From an uncultured bacterium (GTDB lineage: Bacteria; Patescibacteriota; Minisyncoccia; Moranbacterales; GWC2-37-73), in assembly GCA_903885965.1 (NCBI GenBank), contig CAISKQ010000060.1, forward strand, positions 21,220 through 85,219: a stretch of DNA of 64,000 nucleotides, written 5' to 3'. Position numbers and translations under genes: made by a program. The stretch's first letter is position 1. Each line of letters begins with the position of its first letter. This document shows positions 37,966 to 47,090 of this stretch, in pieces. Below the pieces are notes generated by a model, which did not search any database, had not been told where the DNA came from, and was given only the letters and a program-made list of their open reading frames with translations.

Positions 37966-37993
37966 ATTATACACACACCACTTTTTTTGTCAA
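37966..37993 (-). promoter_or_regulatory. Sigma70 promoter TTGACA-16-TATAAT
   Basis: Perfect consensus hexamers upstream of the AAA+ gene. Confidence 0.7.
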
Positions 37994-38147
37994 GCCATTA
38001 TGTCAAATCTTAGCTAATTTGAGCCCTTTTGGCAAGCATTAGAATTGTATAATGTATTTTGTATGATGTATAAAGTAGCTATGCGCTTCCCACGTCTATA
38101 CATCATACTTTCTACATAATGAAAAACTAACTTGTTTTTTCATCACA

Positions 38148-39635
38148 TTAAATACGGAATGGTTTCGAAAGTTCTTGTATGAACTTTTTTAATTTAATAA
38201 TTTCAACTTGCTCACCTGCTTGTGCAATTTTATCATGGTCAATCTGACTCGCTATTGCATTCCGATGAGACCCCAGGAGTGCTCTTTTTTTGTTTTTAGA
38301 TTCAGTTACTATTCCTTGCACATGTTGCTCACGCTCTGCCAAATTAAGTATTTTTGTATATCGCTCTAGTGCTTCTTTTCTTAGTTCTAAAAAAAATCCT
38401 TCGTCTTCAAGTCTGACAATCTTCTTCTTCCAATCCCTTAAAATCTCAAATTCCAATAAAGAAATTATTTGCTTCCTTGGCATGCCAAAGTTTTCCATTT
38501 TTTCTATCAAGGCTAAGCCATCAGAAATTCTTTTTTGATGGAGTTTTCGCTCTTTATCTATGAGTTGTATTTCCTCACTTTCAATATGCCATTCACTAAA
38601 AAATGCCACATCCGCTCCAAGATAATCATATAACCCGCCCTCCGACTGGCTTTCCAATAAATAAGCGCTGATTATATCAATAGGGGTTTCGTCTTTCAAG
38701 TACGCAAATATTTCGTCTCTTATTCTCTTATCGGCAATAAATCCAGTGTTAATAATATTAACTTCTACACAAAAATATTGAAAAGCTTTTGGAGAATTCG
38801 CCATAACCGCTTTAACTGTTTCATCCAACAGGCTCTTTAGCGTGTGCCTCTCTTCATGAATCCTAATTATTTTTTTTTGATCATCAGATAGCTCGCCACC
38901 TTTATTATTAATTCCAATTTTTTCGCCCCTTGCAAATCCTTCACTTTTCTCTGCCACCTCCTCTGATGCGTTATAGGCTTTTGCATAATCTCTAATGTCC
39001 TCACATTCCACAAGAAAAGAAGTAGCCCCTCTATCAATATGCACCTTCCCACACGGTTCTCCGTTGAATAATTTTAGAAATAATTCTTCGTCATCCTCTC
39101 CAGGAATTAGCGTCCCCTGTATTGAGTCCATTGTTTTATTCCGATCACAAAGGTGCCTCAAGAAAATACCATACCCTTGAATCTGAGCTGGGCTCAGTTG
39201 CAAGCCCGCTGAATAAGCAATGATATTTTCTTTCAATGTTTCTACTTTTTCACCAAACTTAAGCTGGTCATTCTCTTGAAGTAAGATATCCTCCAAATAA
39301 CAATTTAATTGTGAAATTTTGACAAACTGTTCAATAAATCTTTTTTTATATTCAACAATCCTTCGTGATTTTTCTGTTAAATATTCCTCCTGGGAAAGTT
39401 CTTTACGCTCGTCTTTGGTAAAATTATTTATTTTCTTTAATTCTTCTGCTGGATCAAAACATTCATATTGCTCAGCAATTAAAAAACTCTCATCCACACC
39501 CAACCATTCTCTTCCATACTTATTGTACTCATTCTTGTCTTCATATTCATCATCAAAAAAATCTAGCGCATACTCAACATCACTTTTCACAACGTCAGGA
39601 TTATTGTTTATATTTTCAAATACATTTCCACTCAT
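38148..39635 (-). CDS. Acidic hypothetical protein with an HExxH motif
   Basis: IRIHEERH followed by DEIFAY; probable ATG at 39635. Confidence 0.75.
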   Translation of the reverse strand: MSGNVFENINNNPDVVKSDVEYALDFFDDEYEDKNEYNKYGREWLGVDESFLIAEQYECFDPAEELKKINNFTKDERKELSQEEYLTEKSRRIVEYKKRFIEQFVKISQLNCYLEDILLQENDQLKFGEKVETLKENIIAYSAGLQLSPAQIQGYGIFLRHLCDRNKTMDSIQGTLIPGEDDEELFLKLFNGEPCGKVHIDRGATSFLVECEDIRDYAKAYNASEEVAEKSEGFARGEKIGINNKGGELSDDQKKIIRIHEERHTLKSLLDETVKAVMANSPKAFQYFCVEVNIINTGFIADKRIRDEIFAYLKDETPIDIISAYLLESQSEGGLYDYLGADVAFFSEWHIESEEIQLIDKERKLHQKRISDGLALIEKMENFGMPRKQIISLLEFEILRDWKKKIVRLEDEGFFLELRKEALERYTKILNLAEREQHVQGIVTESKNKKRALLGSHRNAIASQIDHDKIAQAGEQVEIIKLKKFIQELSKPFRI

Positions 39636-39657
39636 ATGCAGTATGAAATTATTTATT

Positions 39658-40566
39658 TTAGCTAATTTGAGCCCTTTTGGCAAGCTTTTCGAAATTTTCA
39701 TTAACCGTCTTTTGAATTTCTTTAATCACCTCAAGATTTTTTTCTTTAAAGAGATGTTTAAAGCGTCCTTGGGTTTTCAGGAATTCTTCAATCGGCTTTG
39801 GCTCCTTCACAATATTATTGATGATATATTTTCCATCTTCTATTTCAAAAAGCGGCCAAAAATTAGTTTCAGTGGCAAGTTTTCCAATTGCAACATACTC
39901 CGAAGTTGGAAATTTCCAAATTTGCGTGCAAGGTTGCAAAACCAACAAAAAGGATGGACCTGGAGTGTTTAAAGCTTTTTGAGCTTTGCGTTTCAGGTCT
40001 GGCAGATAAGCAACATTAGCTTGGGCCAAATATTTGATCCCATGGGCTTTGACAATTTCCATCAAATCTTTGCGTTGCTGAGTTTTGCCAAATGACTGAC
40101 TGCCAACTGGAGCCGTTTCAGTGTTGGCGCCATATGGGGTTGCGCCACTACGCTGTCCTCCAGTGTTCATGTAGCCTTCATTGTCATAGCAAACATACAA
40201 AAAATCATGTCCGCGTTCGAGAGCACCAGAAAGCGCTTGCAGGCCAATGTCATAAGTTCCACCGTCGCCACCAAAAGCGATTATCTTGGCAGGATTTTTT
40301 AACTTTCCGGATTTTTCCAAAGCTTTTTGCGCCGCATCAATCCCGGCCGCGGTGGCTGCCGCATTGCCAAAAACACTGTGAATATATGGCACTTTCCAAG
40401 AAGTTGATGGATAAATCGTTGTTGTCACTTCAAGACAACCAGTTGCGTTTGAAACAATCACTTGCTCATCGGTTGCCCCCAGCACAGTCCGCACAATCGC
40501 CGGAATTCCACAACCCGCGCAAGTAGCATGACCAGAAGAGAATTTTTTGGTAAGATCTTTATTCAT
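39658..40566 (-). CDS. porB: Pyruvate:ferredoxin oxidoreductase beta subunit
   Basis: GHATCAGCG, ATGCLEV, GGDGGTYDIG, YDNEGYMNTG. Confidence 0.95.
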   Translation of the reverse strand: MNKDLTKKFSSGHATCAGCGIPAIVRTVLGATDEQVIVSNATGCLEVTTTIYPSTSWKVPYIHSVFGNAAATAAGIDAAQKALEKSGKLKNPAKIIAFGGDGGTYDIGLQALSGALERGHDFLYVCYDNEGYMNTGGQRSGATPYGANTETAPVGSQSFGKTQQRKDLMEIVKAHGIKYLAQANVAYLPDLKRKAQKALNTPGPSFLLVLQPCTQIWKFPTSEYVAIGKLATETNFWPLFEIEDGKYIINNIVKEPKPIEEFLKTQGRFKHLFKEKNLEVIKEIQKTVNENFEKLAKRAQIS

Positions 40567-40571
40567 ATATA

Positions 40572-41110
40572 ATACGGATTAGAACGAATTAATTACGGAT
40601 CGTCACAGATCACAAATTCACACAGATTATAGATTTAATTTTAGTTTAGATATGAATGGTTTTCTATCATTTGTGCAAATAGATCTTTTTATTTCTAATT
40701 CTTGAGTACAAAAATTAACCAAATAACCAATTTCATATTTACTAGCTTTTAAATAAGATCTTTGCTGATTAATATCATCGACTCTCGTGAAGCTAGTCGC
40801 TTTAATTTCTACTATTATTTTATCTTCCACCAAAATATCTGGGACATATGTGCCTAATTTTTTTCCTGTTTCCAATGAATAAATATCGATTCTTTTTTGA
40901 CTTTCAAATTTTAAATTCTCTTTTTCCAATTCTTCTTCTAGGGCTTTTTGATAAATAATTTCTTTTAATCCCTTTCCGTATTTATTTGCAACATTATAAA
41001 AACATCCTCGCACTTTGTATGATAATTCTTTTTCCAATAGACCATCCTCGCTCATAAAATATGAATCCGTGATTCGTGAACATTCGTCACAAATTCGTGA
41101 AGATCCGTTT
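40572..41110. mobile_element. Putative cassette: GxxExxY gene between inverted ~9-10-bp repeat arms, inside the por operon
   Basis: Left (ACGGAT/CACAGAT)n and right (ATCCGTG/ATTCGTG)n arms; lies between porA and porB. Confidence 0.6.
40627..41055 (-). CDS. GxxExxY protein (PD-(D/E)XK nuclease fold)
   Basis: GLKEIIY, PDILVEDKIIVEIKA, SYLKAS..GYLVNF. Confidence 0.92.
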   Translation of the reverse strand: MSEDGLLEKELSYKVRGCFYNVANKYGKGLKEIIYQKALEEELEKENLKFESQKRIDIYSLETGKKLGTYVPDILVEDKIIVEIKATSFTRVDDINQQRSYLKASKYEIGYLVNFCTQELEIKRSICTNDRKPFISKLKLNL

Positions 41111-42279
41111 TACACTAGGTATTTAACCTTATTATCAATCTCCCCATCTTCTAAATCCTTGAATACTTTTTCAATGTCCTTTTGCATCGTGTCGCGACCG
41201 CCGAGACCGTAAACATAACTGGCAAGGTCTGGCTTGCGACTTGAGCTGTGATAAAGGCTGCTCACAATATCTTGATAGAGCGGAGGATATGCCCCGAAGG
41301 AAATTGCGCGATCCAAAACAGCAATTTTTGGAATGTGGGACAAAACTGCACCAATTTCTGCGTATGGAAAAGGCCTAAACATCTTCACGCTAAGCAGGCC
41401 GACTTTTTTCCCACTCATGCGAAGTGCATCGACAACATCCTTGGCTGTCCCACCAGTGGCACCCATGATCACAATCACGCTCGTCGCATCTTGCAAATGA
41501 TATTGCTCGAACATTTCATATTTTCTGCCTGAAATTTTGAAAAATTCTCCGCAAATTTTTTTGTAAGCAAGCTTAGCTTTTTGCATCACTTTTTCTTGAT
41601 CAAGCTTGAATTCAAAAAAAGTGTTTTGCAGCGCCAGGGTTCCAAAAGTTGTCGGATTCTCAAAATCAGTCAGCGATTGCTGCACTTTCCTCTCGCCCAC
41701 AAACTCTTTCACAACTTGATCATCCAAAATTTCAATTCTTTCGGTAGTGTGGGAAGTGTGAAAGCCATCCATGATTGGCATCACAGGAGCGCCAATTTCC
41801 TCAGCAAGCTTAATCGCAATAATTGTGTCATCATAAGCGTCCTGCACCTGCTCGGCAAAAATCTGCACCCAACCCAAATCTCGCACCGCCATCACGTCGC
41901 CATGTTCGCCGTGGATGTTCAGCGGTGCGCTGAGCGCTCGAGAGCTGACGCTCATCACGATTGGCAAGCCCAGCCCGCTGACCACCGGCAATGTTTCAGC
42001 CATGTATAAGATTCCTTGTGAACTTGAAGCGGTTACGGCCCGCGCTCCTGCAGCAGACGCGCCAATTGTTGCGCTCATTGCACTATGCTCAGATTCCACC
42101 TGCACAATCTCAGCCTCAACCAGACCGTCAGCTTTCATTTTCGCATAAGTTTCAATAATAGTGGTTTGGGGAGTGATTGGATAAACCGCCATCACATCCG
42201 GTCGAATTTGCCTCCAGGCTTCAGCAACCGCATAGCCGCCAGTCAATGCTTTAATATTTTTGTTTTTCTTATTAGACAT
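41110..42279 (-). CDS. porA: Pyruvate:ferredoxin oxidoreductase alpha subunit
   Basis: YPITPQT, ESEHSAMS, TASSSQG, FRPFP, YGLGGRD. Confidence 0.95.
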   Translation of the reverse strand: MSNKKNKNIKALTGGYAVAEAWRQIRPDVMAVYPITPQTTIIETYAKMKADGLVEAEIVQVESEHSAMSATIGASAAGARAVTASSSQGILYMAETLPVVSGLGLPIVMSVSSRALSAPLNIHGEHGDVMAVRDLGWVQIFAEQVQDAYDDTIIAIKLAEEIGAPVMPIMDGFHTSHTTERIEILDDQVVKEFVGERKVQQSLTDFENPTTFGTLALQNTFFEFKLDQEKVMQKAKLAYKKICGEFFKISGRKYEMFEQYHLQDATSVIVIMGATGGTAKDVVDALRMSGKKVGLLSVKMFRPFPYAEIGAVLSHIPKIAVLDRAISFGAYPPLYQDIVSSLYHSSSRKPDLASYVYGLGGRDTMQKDIEKVFKDLEDGEIDNKVKYLV

Positions 42280-42283
42280 AATA

Positions 42284-42574
42284 TTATTTTTTCATAATTA
42301 TCGCTTTCACTGGACAGACTTGTGCGCAAACTCCGCAACCCTTGCAATATTCATAATCAATCACTGCTAAGTCTTTTTCTTTTGCAAATTTGCCACTAAT
42401 TTCAACTTCTGCCTCACTACGCTTTCGCATTTCCATAACAGCCTCAGGACAATGTGGCACACAAGTGCTGCATCCGATGCACTTTGAAGCATCTACTTCG
42501 GGCTTCATATAGCGCCAATCTCCTGTTTTTGGCGCCTTAGTTTGGTCATGATTTATAATTGCTCCTTTTTCCAT
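42284..42574 (-). CDS. porD: Pyruvate:ferredoxin oxidoreductase delta (ferredoxin) subunit
   Basis: KTGDWR..P, CIGCSTCVPHCP, CKGCGVCAQVCP. Confidence 0.93.
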   Translation of the reverse strand: MEKGAIINHDQTKAPKTGDWRYMKPEVDASKCIGCSTCVPHCPEAVMEMRKRSEAEVEISGKFAKEKDLAVIDYEYCKGCGVCAQVCPVKAIIMKK

Positions 42575-42579
42575 ATTGG

Positions 42580-42670
42580 TACTAATTTTCACGAATTTAT
42601 GACTGATTTTCACGGAGCACGGATATCCGTGATATGTGTCAATCCGTAATCAATCCGTTTCTATCCGTTA
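42580..42670. repeat. Second empty GxxExxY-type element, inverted orientation
   Basis: Matches the reverse complement of 34178-34289; arms meet at the palindrome CACGGATATCCGTG. Confidence 0.8.
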
Positions 42671-42675
42671 AGTTT

Positions 42676-43248
42676 TTAGAGTTCATCAAACCCAGCCTCC
42701 ATTGCCTGAATATTTTTTTCTGTCAATTCCTTGCCTATTTTTTCCAAAAATACACCGCGAAAAACTTCCGCTGCACTTTCCAGAGAAACAACCTCAGTAA
42801 TCTTAATCAATTGTCCAACTAAAACCATATTTGGATTTGAGCTCCCGGTTGTTTGACTTGCCAGCCCATTTGCATCAATCGCATAAATTTTTCCCTTGAA
42901 ATGTGGCACGTCTTTTCTGATTTCCTCACTATCCCTTTTTGAATTTATAATCAAAACTTCGTGCCGATCAAGATTTTTTGCAACATCCTGACTTCCAATA
43001 ACAGTTTCGTCCATAATCACAACCGCGTCAGGATCCGTGACTGGCTCTTGCGTTCGAAGCGGCTTGTCAGAAATGCGCAAAAACATCTTAGTAGGAGCGC
43101 CTGACCTTTCTGGACCAAAAAAAGGAAAAGCTTTCACAAATTTTCCTTCATTGACAGCCGCATGCGCCACGAGTTCAGAAGCAGTCTTAGCTCCTTGTCC
43201 CCCACGGGCAAAAAAGATTATTTCAAATGTATCTTTGTTTAGTTTCAT
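42676..43248 (-). CDS. porC: Pyruvate:ferredoxin oxidoreductase gamma subunit
   Basis: RGGQGAKTAS, FGPERSGAP, PDAVV..D, PNMV. Confidence 0.93.
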   Translation of the reverse strand: MKLNKDTFEIIFFARGGQGAKTASELVAHAAVNEGKFVKAFPFFGPERSGAPTKMFLRISDKPLRTQEPVTDPDAVVIMDETVIGSQDVAKNLDRHEVLIINSKRDSEEIRKDVPHFKGKIYAIDANGLASQTTGSSNPNMVLVGQLIKITEVVSLESAAEVFRGVFLEKIGKELTEKNIQAMEAGFDEL

Positions 43249-43334
43249 TTTTGTTTTTCTGAAGCTTTATCGTTTTAACTCTTTTCATTTTAGCATATTT
43301 TACTAAATCTGACACACTGCCAATTCTGAACCCT

Positions 43335-44297
43335 CTAGATATTCATTAACATCTGCTGCTTGAGCAATTTATAGGCGCTATCCATGTGCTTTTCTGTCAT
43401 AGTCCTACCATCATCAAGATTACTGTGATAAACAGTCATAAGTTTAGTATAATCAGCTGAGATGAGAATTATTTTTTTGCTCAGAGTCATAATATTAAGG
43501 ATCGGAAAACCAAGTCTTAAAAATTTCTCCTCGGAAATACAAACGGCCTTTCCATTCCCAACACAGTCCACAACAATTATTTTCTTAGCCTTTTGCATTA
43601 TTTTAAGATATTGTTTTTCGAAAACCCTAAAGCCTTGACCCCAATAAACTGGATAATCAAATGACAATTCTTCAGCTGCGGAAAATACCAACAACACATC
43701 TTCTAATAATATTTTTTCTTTTATGGCAATTTTCAAAATCAGAGCAACTCCAGATGCATTGTCTATCGCACCCATATTAATACTATCATAATGAGCAAAG
43801 CAAATAACCTTTGGATTCTTTCTATTGCCTACTAAAATATTAACCGCGCTGTGCTTTATCTTTTCAACTTTCACCTCTCCTTGAATTTTCTTCCCATTTA
43901 AAACTTTCTGCAAGCCGTCATGACCTAGAGCTATCGCTGGTGCAAAATAATGATTGCCAACTGAAACACCCTCACACATTGGATTGAAATTAATATTTTC
44001 CTTATCAATGAAATGTGCGGATGGAATCAAGGAACTTAGGATATTTTCTTTTCCTATAATTTTTCCACCCACAAAACTACAACCTTGAATGTCTTCCAAT
44101 TGTACTCCGTCTACTTTCAAATATGCCTTGTTTATTCTGGGAATGTTTAGTGAAAATTTTTGGTCAAAATACAACAAACCATTAGCTTCAAGGATTTCTT
44201 TTAGGACATCTTTAGTCCTCTTTTCACCTTCCAGCTGTCTCGGAGAACAATTTATAATCTTATTTATACAGTAAAAATAATTAAATGTATTTTTCAT
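43335..44297 (-). CDS. M28 family metallopeptidase
   Basis: AHYDS, GAIDNASGVA, AEE, VDCVG, YHS..D. Confidence 0.85.
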   Translation of the reverse strand: MKNTFNYFYCINKIINCSPRQLEGEKRTKDVLKEILEANGLLYFDQKFSLNIPRINKAYLKVDGVQLEDIQGCSFVGGKIIGKENILSSLIPSAHFIDKENINFNPMCEGVSVGNHYFAPAIALGHDGLQKVLNGKKIQGEVKVEKIKHSAVNILVGNRKNPKVICFAHYDSINMGAIDNASGVALILKIAIKEKILLEDVLLVFSAAEELSFDYPVYWGQGFRVFEKQYLKIMQKAKKIIVVDCVGNGKAVCISEEKFLRLGFPILNIMTLSKKIILISADYTKLMTVYHSNLDDGRTMTEKHMDSAYKLLKQQMLMNI

Positions 44298-44324
44298 AAG
44301 TTTTAGTGATATTTTTTAAAAGTA

Positions 44325-44363
44325 TAACACTCTATTTAGCATTATCCGCTAAATAGAGTGTTA
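44325..44363. terminator. Long hairpin between the unknown gene and the peptidase
   Basis: TAACACTCTATTTAGC-attatcc-GCTAAATAGAGTGTTA. Confidence 0.55.
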
Positions 44364-44374
44364 AATGCAAGAAA

Positions 44375-45376
44375 CTATGCTAAAGAGATAAGCTGTTGCG
44401 CTATATGCTCCGTCACATCATACAAGGCGTTGCTTGTATTTTTCCCTGACAATGAGATTCTCCTTGCCCAGTTCCTATCTTCAATAGCCCAATTTGGAAA
44501 CTCATTAAGCTTGGATGAAAAATCCTCCACCTGAACCCTGAGCGGAGTATCAATTAGCAATGGCTCGAATCCACAAATCTCCTTTATCTTTTTTATGTTT
44601 GTAGAAAACCAGGCTATGACTTTTGGATCTTCATCAACTGTTGAAGCTAAGGCATGCGAACCATCCAAAAATAACAACAGATACAAAAAATAGTACCAAT
44701 CAGCCTGTGGCCTCGGATCCTGCAAATCAGATGAAAAGTCAGCCTCCCATGAATTTACTTTTCTATCCTTAAGTCCGGATCTCACGAAAACATGTTTTGG
44801 CATATTTCTGCTCCTGCTAATCACCGATTGACTTGCAAGTTCCCTCAGTAAAGATGAACAATCAACAAGATGATCATTTTCACCAAAACTTTTTCTACGC
44901 ATAGCATAATGAAAATCAACAAGCTTCATTCCATCGCAAGTTTCCAATATATCTAGGACTTTTCCATCAATGTCAACTCTCTGATGTCCAGCTAGAATAT
45001 GTTCCTTATTTATGAAGAGTCGCTTATTTTTTTGCGACCTAAATAGATATGGAATTTTAATCAAGGATGCCTTGTATTCGTTGCTTGAAACATAAGAATC
45101 CCTGGTAAACGCCATCGACATAGCCCTCGTATTAAGCCCATTTATCGATAAAAAATCAGCTAAAAGATTAATCGCAAAATGCTCTATATTCTGACATGGC
45201 ACCTGTCTTGCCAAACACAAAGTGAAAAAATTTCTGCCACTAAAATATTTATCAGCAATTGCAAAAAAATTCTCAATTCCATACTCACTAAAGCAGAAAT
45301 CATTAACCAAATTTCTTATTTTGGTTTTTTCTTTCCTTCGTGCTTCAATCTCGTCAAATAATTGCCTAGTATTCAT
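44375..45376 (-). CDS. Hypothetical protein
   Basis: Long ORF with an AAAAGGA SD; motif-like segments LARQV, D.YVS.N..K.SL, T.DG..LVDFH, WYY..YL.LF, GFEPLL. Confidence 0.8.
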   Translation of the reverse strand: MNTRQLFDEIEARRKEKTKIRNLVNDFCFSEYGIENFFAIADKYFSGRNFFTLCLARQVPCQNIEHFAINLLADFLSINGLNTRAMSMAFTRDSYVSSNEYKASLIKIPYLFRSQKNKRLFINKEHILAGHQRVDIDGKVLDILETCDGMKLVDFHYAMRRKSFGENDHLVDCSSLLRELASQSVISRSRNMPKHVFVRSGLKDRKVNSWEADFSSDLQDPRPQADWYYFLYLLLFLDGSHALASTVDEDPKVIAWFSTNIKKIKEICGFEPLLIDTPLRVQVEDFSSKLNEFPNWAIEDRNWARRISLSGKNTSNALYDVTEHIAQQLISLA

Positions 45377-45458
45377 GCTAAACATCCTTTTTTGATTTAA
45401 GTTGCTGGAAATTCCCATTGTCAAAAGATTTTAAAAGAACGATGTTTTCAAGAGAAAC

Positions 45459-45645
45459 AAAAAACCGACCAGCTAAGGTCGGCTTCTTATTGCGAATTCT
45501 GATTTAGCTCGAGAGCCTTTCACACCTCGCAAAAACAAACCGGCCTTGGAAGTCGGTAAACCAAAAAAAGAGAAATGATAAAGATTTTTGAAATTGTTTT
45601 TGCATAATATTAAACTAATGATAACAAACTAAACATTGTTGTCAA
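45459..45645 (-). promoter_or_regulatory. Promoter, Phe-rich leader peptide and attenuator terminator
   Basis: TTGACA (45640-45645), TGnTATCAT (45618-45623); leader ORF 45605-45504; terminator CCGACC/GGTCGG followed by TTTTTT. Confidence 0.75.
45504..45605 (-). CDS. 33-aa leader peptide MQKQFQKSLSFLFFWFTDFQGRFVFARCERLSS
   Basis: Translated by hand: 8 Phe and 1 Trp; lies between the promoter and the terminator. Confidence 0.7.
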   Translation of the reverse strand: MQKQFQKSLSFLFFWFTDFQGRFVFARCERLSS

Positions 45646-45739
45646 TAGTGATATGCAGACCTACATATATCACAATGTAATTTTAAACAAAAAAACATTC
45701 TGCACCTTTAACTATCCTGCATTTGCAATCAAAGACAAC

Positions 45740-45770
45740 AAAAAATGAGACCAGAGGTCTCATTTTTTTT
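45740..45770. terminator. Bidirectional intrinsic terminator
   Basis: AAAAAATGAGACC-aga-GGTCTCATTTTTT. Confidence 0.75.
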
Positions 45771-45798
45771 GCTAAACTTTTCTAAAAAGTTGAAAAAA

Positions 45799-46935
45799 CT
45801 ATTTGCTAAGTTGGTCATCTAAAACTTTTTTCACGTCATCATAAGTAGCTGCTGGTGTTTGCAAATCAGCTCCGACAAACATTGCAGGAGTTGCCTGAAT
45901 ACCAAAATCTTGACCATCTTTTTGCGAAGCAGCTATTTGATCCTTGAATTGCTTTGAATCAAAACATTTGCCAAATTCAGCCGCATTAAGTCCAAGACTT
46001 GCAGCGTAACCTTTGAAAGTTGAGCTACCATCTTTAAGCTTGCCCCAAGCATCTTGAGTTGCAAAAAGTTTATCAGCATATGCTAAGAATTTTCCTTGTG
46101 CGTTAGCACACTCTCCAGCCATTGCAGCCTGTGCTCCCTGAGCTGAAGATGCTGGGAAATAATTCTTAAACACAAACTGAATCTTATCACCATAGTCCTT
46201 AATCATTGGCGCAACAATTCCTTGATAGAATTTCTTGTCATCTGGATTCTGGAAATAATCAAATGACACAACTTTTACTTTTGCATCATCGCTGCCAATT
46301 TTAATATCCTTATCAGAGATTGTTGGGGCTACAAGATATTTCCCAACTGGAAAACCAGCCTCAGCCGATTTAATAGCATATGCATCTCCTTGTTGGTCTA
46401 AAAATGGCTCCGCCTTTGCAAATAATTCTGTCTTTTCTACCTCTTTAGAGAAGATAAAAGCTGGAATTGTTTTAAGTTTAAATTGAGCAACTAATTTTTT
46501 TCCCTCGGCTGAATTTACGTCAATTTTTTCAGTTAGCATGGTTGGAAGTGCACCTTTTAAGCCAACCAACACTTCGTCTGGCTTGCAAGCATCTCCACAC
46601 GCTTCATCGCTAACAACTTTAATTGTCACCATAGGCTCAGTATAAGCCACCCAAGTCTTGCCACTTGATTGGAAAACATCGGTGCTATTAAGAGCTTTCT
46701 GAGAAAAACCTCCGCCGCGTGCCAACTGAATCACATCAACAAACAAACTACCAACAAACAAACCTGTCAGCAAAATCACCATTGAAATCAGATTTTTGAT
46801 TTTGTGATTTTTTTCATCAATTGAATCAATCAAAACTTCTTCCACTGATTGATCGGGGTCAACAAAAATTTCTTCTTCATGTTTGCTGAGTTCTTCTTTC
46901 AAAATTTCAGCCTCCCTAATTTCTTTTTCATCCAT
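45799..46935 (-). CDS. Membrane-anchored double thioredoxin-fold / DsbA-like protein
   Basis: TM; CGDAC domain; G..DAKV.VV.F..F, ECANAQGKF, GIQATP. Confidence 0.85.
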   Translation of the reverse strand: MDEKEIREAEILKEELSKHEEEIFVDPDQSVEEVLIDSIDEKNHKIKNLISMVILLTGLFVGSLFVDVIQLARGGGFSQKALNSTDVFQSSGKTWVAYTEPMVTIKVVSDEACGDACKPDEVLVGLKGALPTMLTEKIDVNSAEGKKLVAQFKLKTIPAFIFSKEVEKTELFAKAEPFLDQQGDAYAIKSAEAGFPVGKYLVAPTISDKDIKIGSDDAKVKVVSFDYFQNPDDKKFYQGIVAPMIKDYGDKIQFVFKNYFPASSAQGAQAAMAGECANAQGKFLAYADKLFATQDAWGKLKDGSSTFKGYAASLGLNAAEFGKCFDSKQFKDQIAASQKDGQDFGIQATPAMFVGADLQTPAATYDDVKKVLDDQLSK

Positions 46936-47090
46936 ATTTTTAATTTTAGGTATTAGCTTCTCAGGCATTAGCTTTTTAGGCAATGCATTCATCAAAACTT
47001 AAACCTATTTAAAAAAATTATTTATTCGATTTATTATTAAAAAAAATAAATTCTTAACAAATCCAAACTAAAAAGCTAAAGCCTAAAAAG

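Larger units (their letters stand above)
36699..39685 (-). repeat. 28-bp direct repeat x3 (36699-36726, 38010-38037, 39658-39685) = porB 3' end = sigma70 promoter
   Basis: TTAGCTAATTTGAGCCCTTTTGGCAAGC is identical in all copies; the minus strand reads TTGCCA-17-TAA(A/G)AT. Confidence 0.93.

Noticed and set aside
36571-39700. Prophage or integrase island at tRNA-Thr
   Set aside because: No integrase or phage genes, and the duplicated sequence is the upstream promoter, not the tRNA 3' end.
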